NCBI GenBank assembly: GCA_011109175.1
Contig: RDEW01000010.1
Location: forward strand, 1-64,000
DNA: 64,000 bases
Direction of reading: 5' to 3'
Source of the DNA: Dicyema japonicum
Taxonomy: Eukaryota > Animalia > Dicyemida
Shown here: positions 61,570 through 64,000 of the stretch, in pieces
Layout: the number at the start of each line of letters is the position of its first letter
Position numbering within the stretch: position 1 is the first letter of the stretch
The notes under the pieces: generated by a model
What the model was told of the DNA's origin: nothing
Database searches by the model: none
Seen by the model: only the letters and a program-made list of their open reading frames with translations
Translations under genes and position numbers: made by a program

Positions 61570-62620
61570 TACGAATACTTAGAGTTCCCCCCTCTTCATT
61601 ATCCGCTCTACTAGTTTTCTCACTTTTTTCCTCGCTTCCACAGATCATCAAAGTCGTCCGCTGTTCTTAATTATCCACCAATATCAGCATAATCTTGACA
61701 TAGACAAAGAGGAAGCGTAGTTCTCTGTCTTCGACGAAAGTCCACAGTTACATTTTGATTGATGAGGTCCATAATGAGAATATTCCCAAAAGGCAAAATT
61801 GTACCACTTTCTCGGTTATCAGAATATCTAGTAGATATCTACTATTTTTCTTAACTGATTTCTGTGGTGTCCGTAAAGTCTGAAAATATTTGCTTTGATG
61901 TTATCCATGTTTTTGAGTTGTACAGTAAGATCAGTTTTATGATCGAATATCCACAGATTCAAACGGGTTCAACGATTCCACATTGAGTCCAAATTTTCCA
62001 CAAGATTTTTTCTGGTAAAAATATCTTCAGAATCTCCCAAAAGCGAGCTTTTTTATGAATCTTCACTTTAAGCATCTGTTCAATCGATGTCAGCACACTT
62101 TTTTCTTTGTTAATTTTCAATAAAAATCAAAAATATTTGTGTCTATGCACAACTTAAGAACCTCCACATCGTCGGACACAAAATCTATATCGTCCGCATA
62201 AATTAGTCAAATAGACGTTCGTTTAGGTAACCCAATTATTTCCGACAATCACTCAAAGCAGCTTAAATAACAAAGAATTGGAGATAGTGAGTCACGTTGA
62301 TGAGTACCAATATTCGTTGTGAAAGTTTCCGAATAACTTTTACCCACCTTCACCTTCAGACAAGTATCTTAAAGCAAAAATTGTGTAATTCATAGGCAGT
62401 CTTCGTCAATAATGTTTTTGAGAACAACAAGTCGTTTATTTATACAGATAAATTCGAAAGCCTTTGACAAGTCAATTCCCAGAATTTATATCATTTTTCT
62501 GTTCTTTTCGCATATAGCGGTGAGCCAACGATGACTTTAGACTACATCAGCGATCGATCTCCCCATCTAAAGCTACTTTGCGATAAATATAGATCAACCG
62601 AACTTGATGTCTAACTCAGA
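61570..62620 (-). mobile_element. Degenerate RTE LINE RT region
   Basis: SIADVV, HRWL, ILGIDLSKAF, DSLSPIL, YADDIDFV, SLLGDSEDI. Confidence 0.8.
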
Positions 62621-62629
62621 GTTATTATT

Positions 62630-63850
62630 AGGGCGTTTTTTTGACTTTATAAATCAGAAATTTTAACCTAAAAAATTGACTTTATTGACATTAAAATTTC
62701 AAAATTTTGACCTTTTTTGACTTTATGATAAATTTGTCTAGAATAAAAATTTTAATACAAAAAATAATCAAATTCTTTATTAAAATACAGAACGTTTTCA
62801 GGTTTAAAATTTAGGTCTTTAGATAGTAATTTTCCAAATAAAGAAAAACTTATCTCAACAAATGATGTTCTTCAGATAGACACTACATTCCTATGCGGCC
62901 TTCGGCCACTGTTTTTCAGGTAGAAACAACGTTCATCAAACAAAGTATGATTTTTCTATTGGAAATGAGGTATTTTTAGTGAACAAATTTAGATACGAGT
63001 TTTAAAGGATTATGGGACAGATCCATCGCTAAGGTTGAGCAGATTTGAATCTCTATATGAAGAGCTAAGTAAAATTACTCAAATTTTGTCAAACAACCGA
63101 ATAGAGGTTTATTTAATTTTTTATCACAGATAGCAATATCAGGAGAATTGAAAATAGTCAACATGACTCGAGTCAAGAAAATATAGACTTAAGAAATACA
63201 TTCTTTGATTAGAAACCAATTAGTGTTGATTTGATGATAGGTGACATGTCGTAAATTCTTTGATTTTTGATAAGAAATGACATGTGAAATGTAATCAGCA
63301 GTGGATGGGTAACCCGTGCGGGACGCGACATATTAAAAATATTTTATTGGGATCAGAAATTCTAGTAATGAGTGTACATACTTCTGTCCCGAATATCAGT
63401 TTCGTCAATCATAACAAAATTTTTTAGATCTATATATATGACAATTCTGTCAAGCTGCTTCTGACCATCTGCCCACACATGAATCGAGAAAATAAGTTAG
63501 TTTTTTTAGTATTGACACCTGTAAAATAGTAATAAAAATAATAAACCTGCTAATTTGATATGCTTCTTAGACGATCTATGTCAATAAAAATTGTTTTTTT
63601 TCGCAGTTAAAATGTCCCATTAATTACAAAAGAGATTTCCTTGTGAATGATAGAAAATTCATTGGGATATTTTCTAAACAACAGACTTATTCTTTTCAAT
63701 TTCATTCTTGGTTGAACGCGGCATCACAGTAAATAATTATAATTGATACCACGCTAGTATTTTATGTAAAACTTGAAAAAAATAAAAAATCAATAATATT
63801 TTTGACTTTATTGACCTAAAAAAATTAATTTTTTCACCAGTGAATTGTAT
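62630..63850 (-). mobile_element. Probable degraded DNA transposon
   Basis: Repeated TTTGACTTTA(T)TGAC subterminal-like motifs near 62640-62730 and 63800 flank broken coding-like sequence; family not determined. Confidence 0.35.
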
Positions 63851-64000
63851 AAACGTATCCGTGTTTTTACTCAATCCTTTACGCTTTATCCAGTTTTCCT
63901 TTTAGGCACCGTAGTGTACTGTTTGAAATGTGTTTTCCGCATAATTACGTCTTGTTCATCTCCCAATAACGAGTTTCTTTACTTTTCTCCAATGTTCATC

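Overview
Eukaryotic (animal) genomic DNA, AT-rich and dense in transposable elements, with no prokaryotic features. Ten host genes can be reconstructed by hand: a TGN38-like type I membrane protein, WDR1/AIP1, MCTS1, a protocadherin, SMSr/SAMD8, a WIP-like proline-rich protein, PPME1, NFS1, hnRNP L and coronin. Most are invisible or fragmented in the ORF track because about 60 micro-introns of 21-27 nt interrupt them. This intron size fits a highly reduced parasitic metazoan (for example a dicyemid or myxozoan), but the taxon cannot be fixed from this window. The genes sit among non-LTR retrotransposons (RTE, I/Jockey/Ingi-like, CRE, R4-like), a tRNA-derived SINE, pogo/Tigger and hAT DNA transposons, and an intron-containing Ginger-like integrase. 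Scattered 1-nt frameshifts, mostly at homopolymers and present even in essential genes, look like long-read consensus errors. The main findings are: (1) length-constrained micro-intron splicing with GC-AG introns and an apparent GT-TG intron; (2) the longest intron (97 nt), in hnRNP L, which lies at the position of the vertebrate autoregulatory intron 6, is CA-rich and carries a stop-introducing alternative acceptor; (3) a 2A ribosome-skip motif in a LINE; (4) a CRE insertion with an internal inversion nested in an R4-like element.
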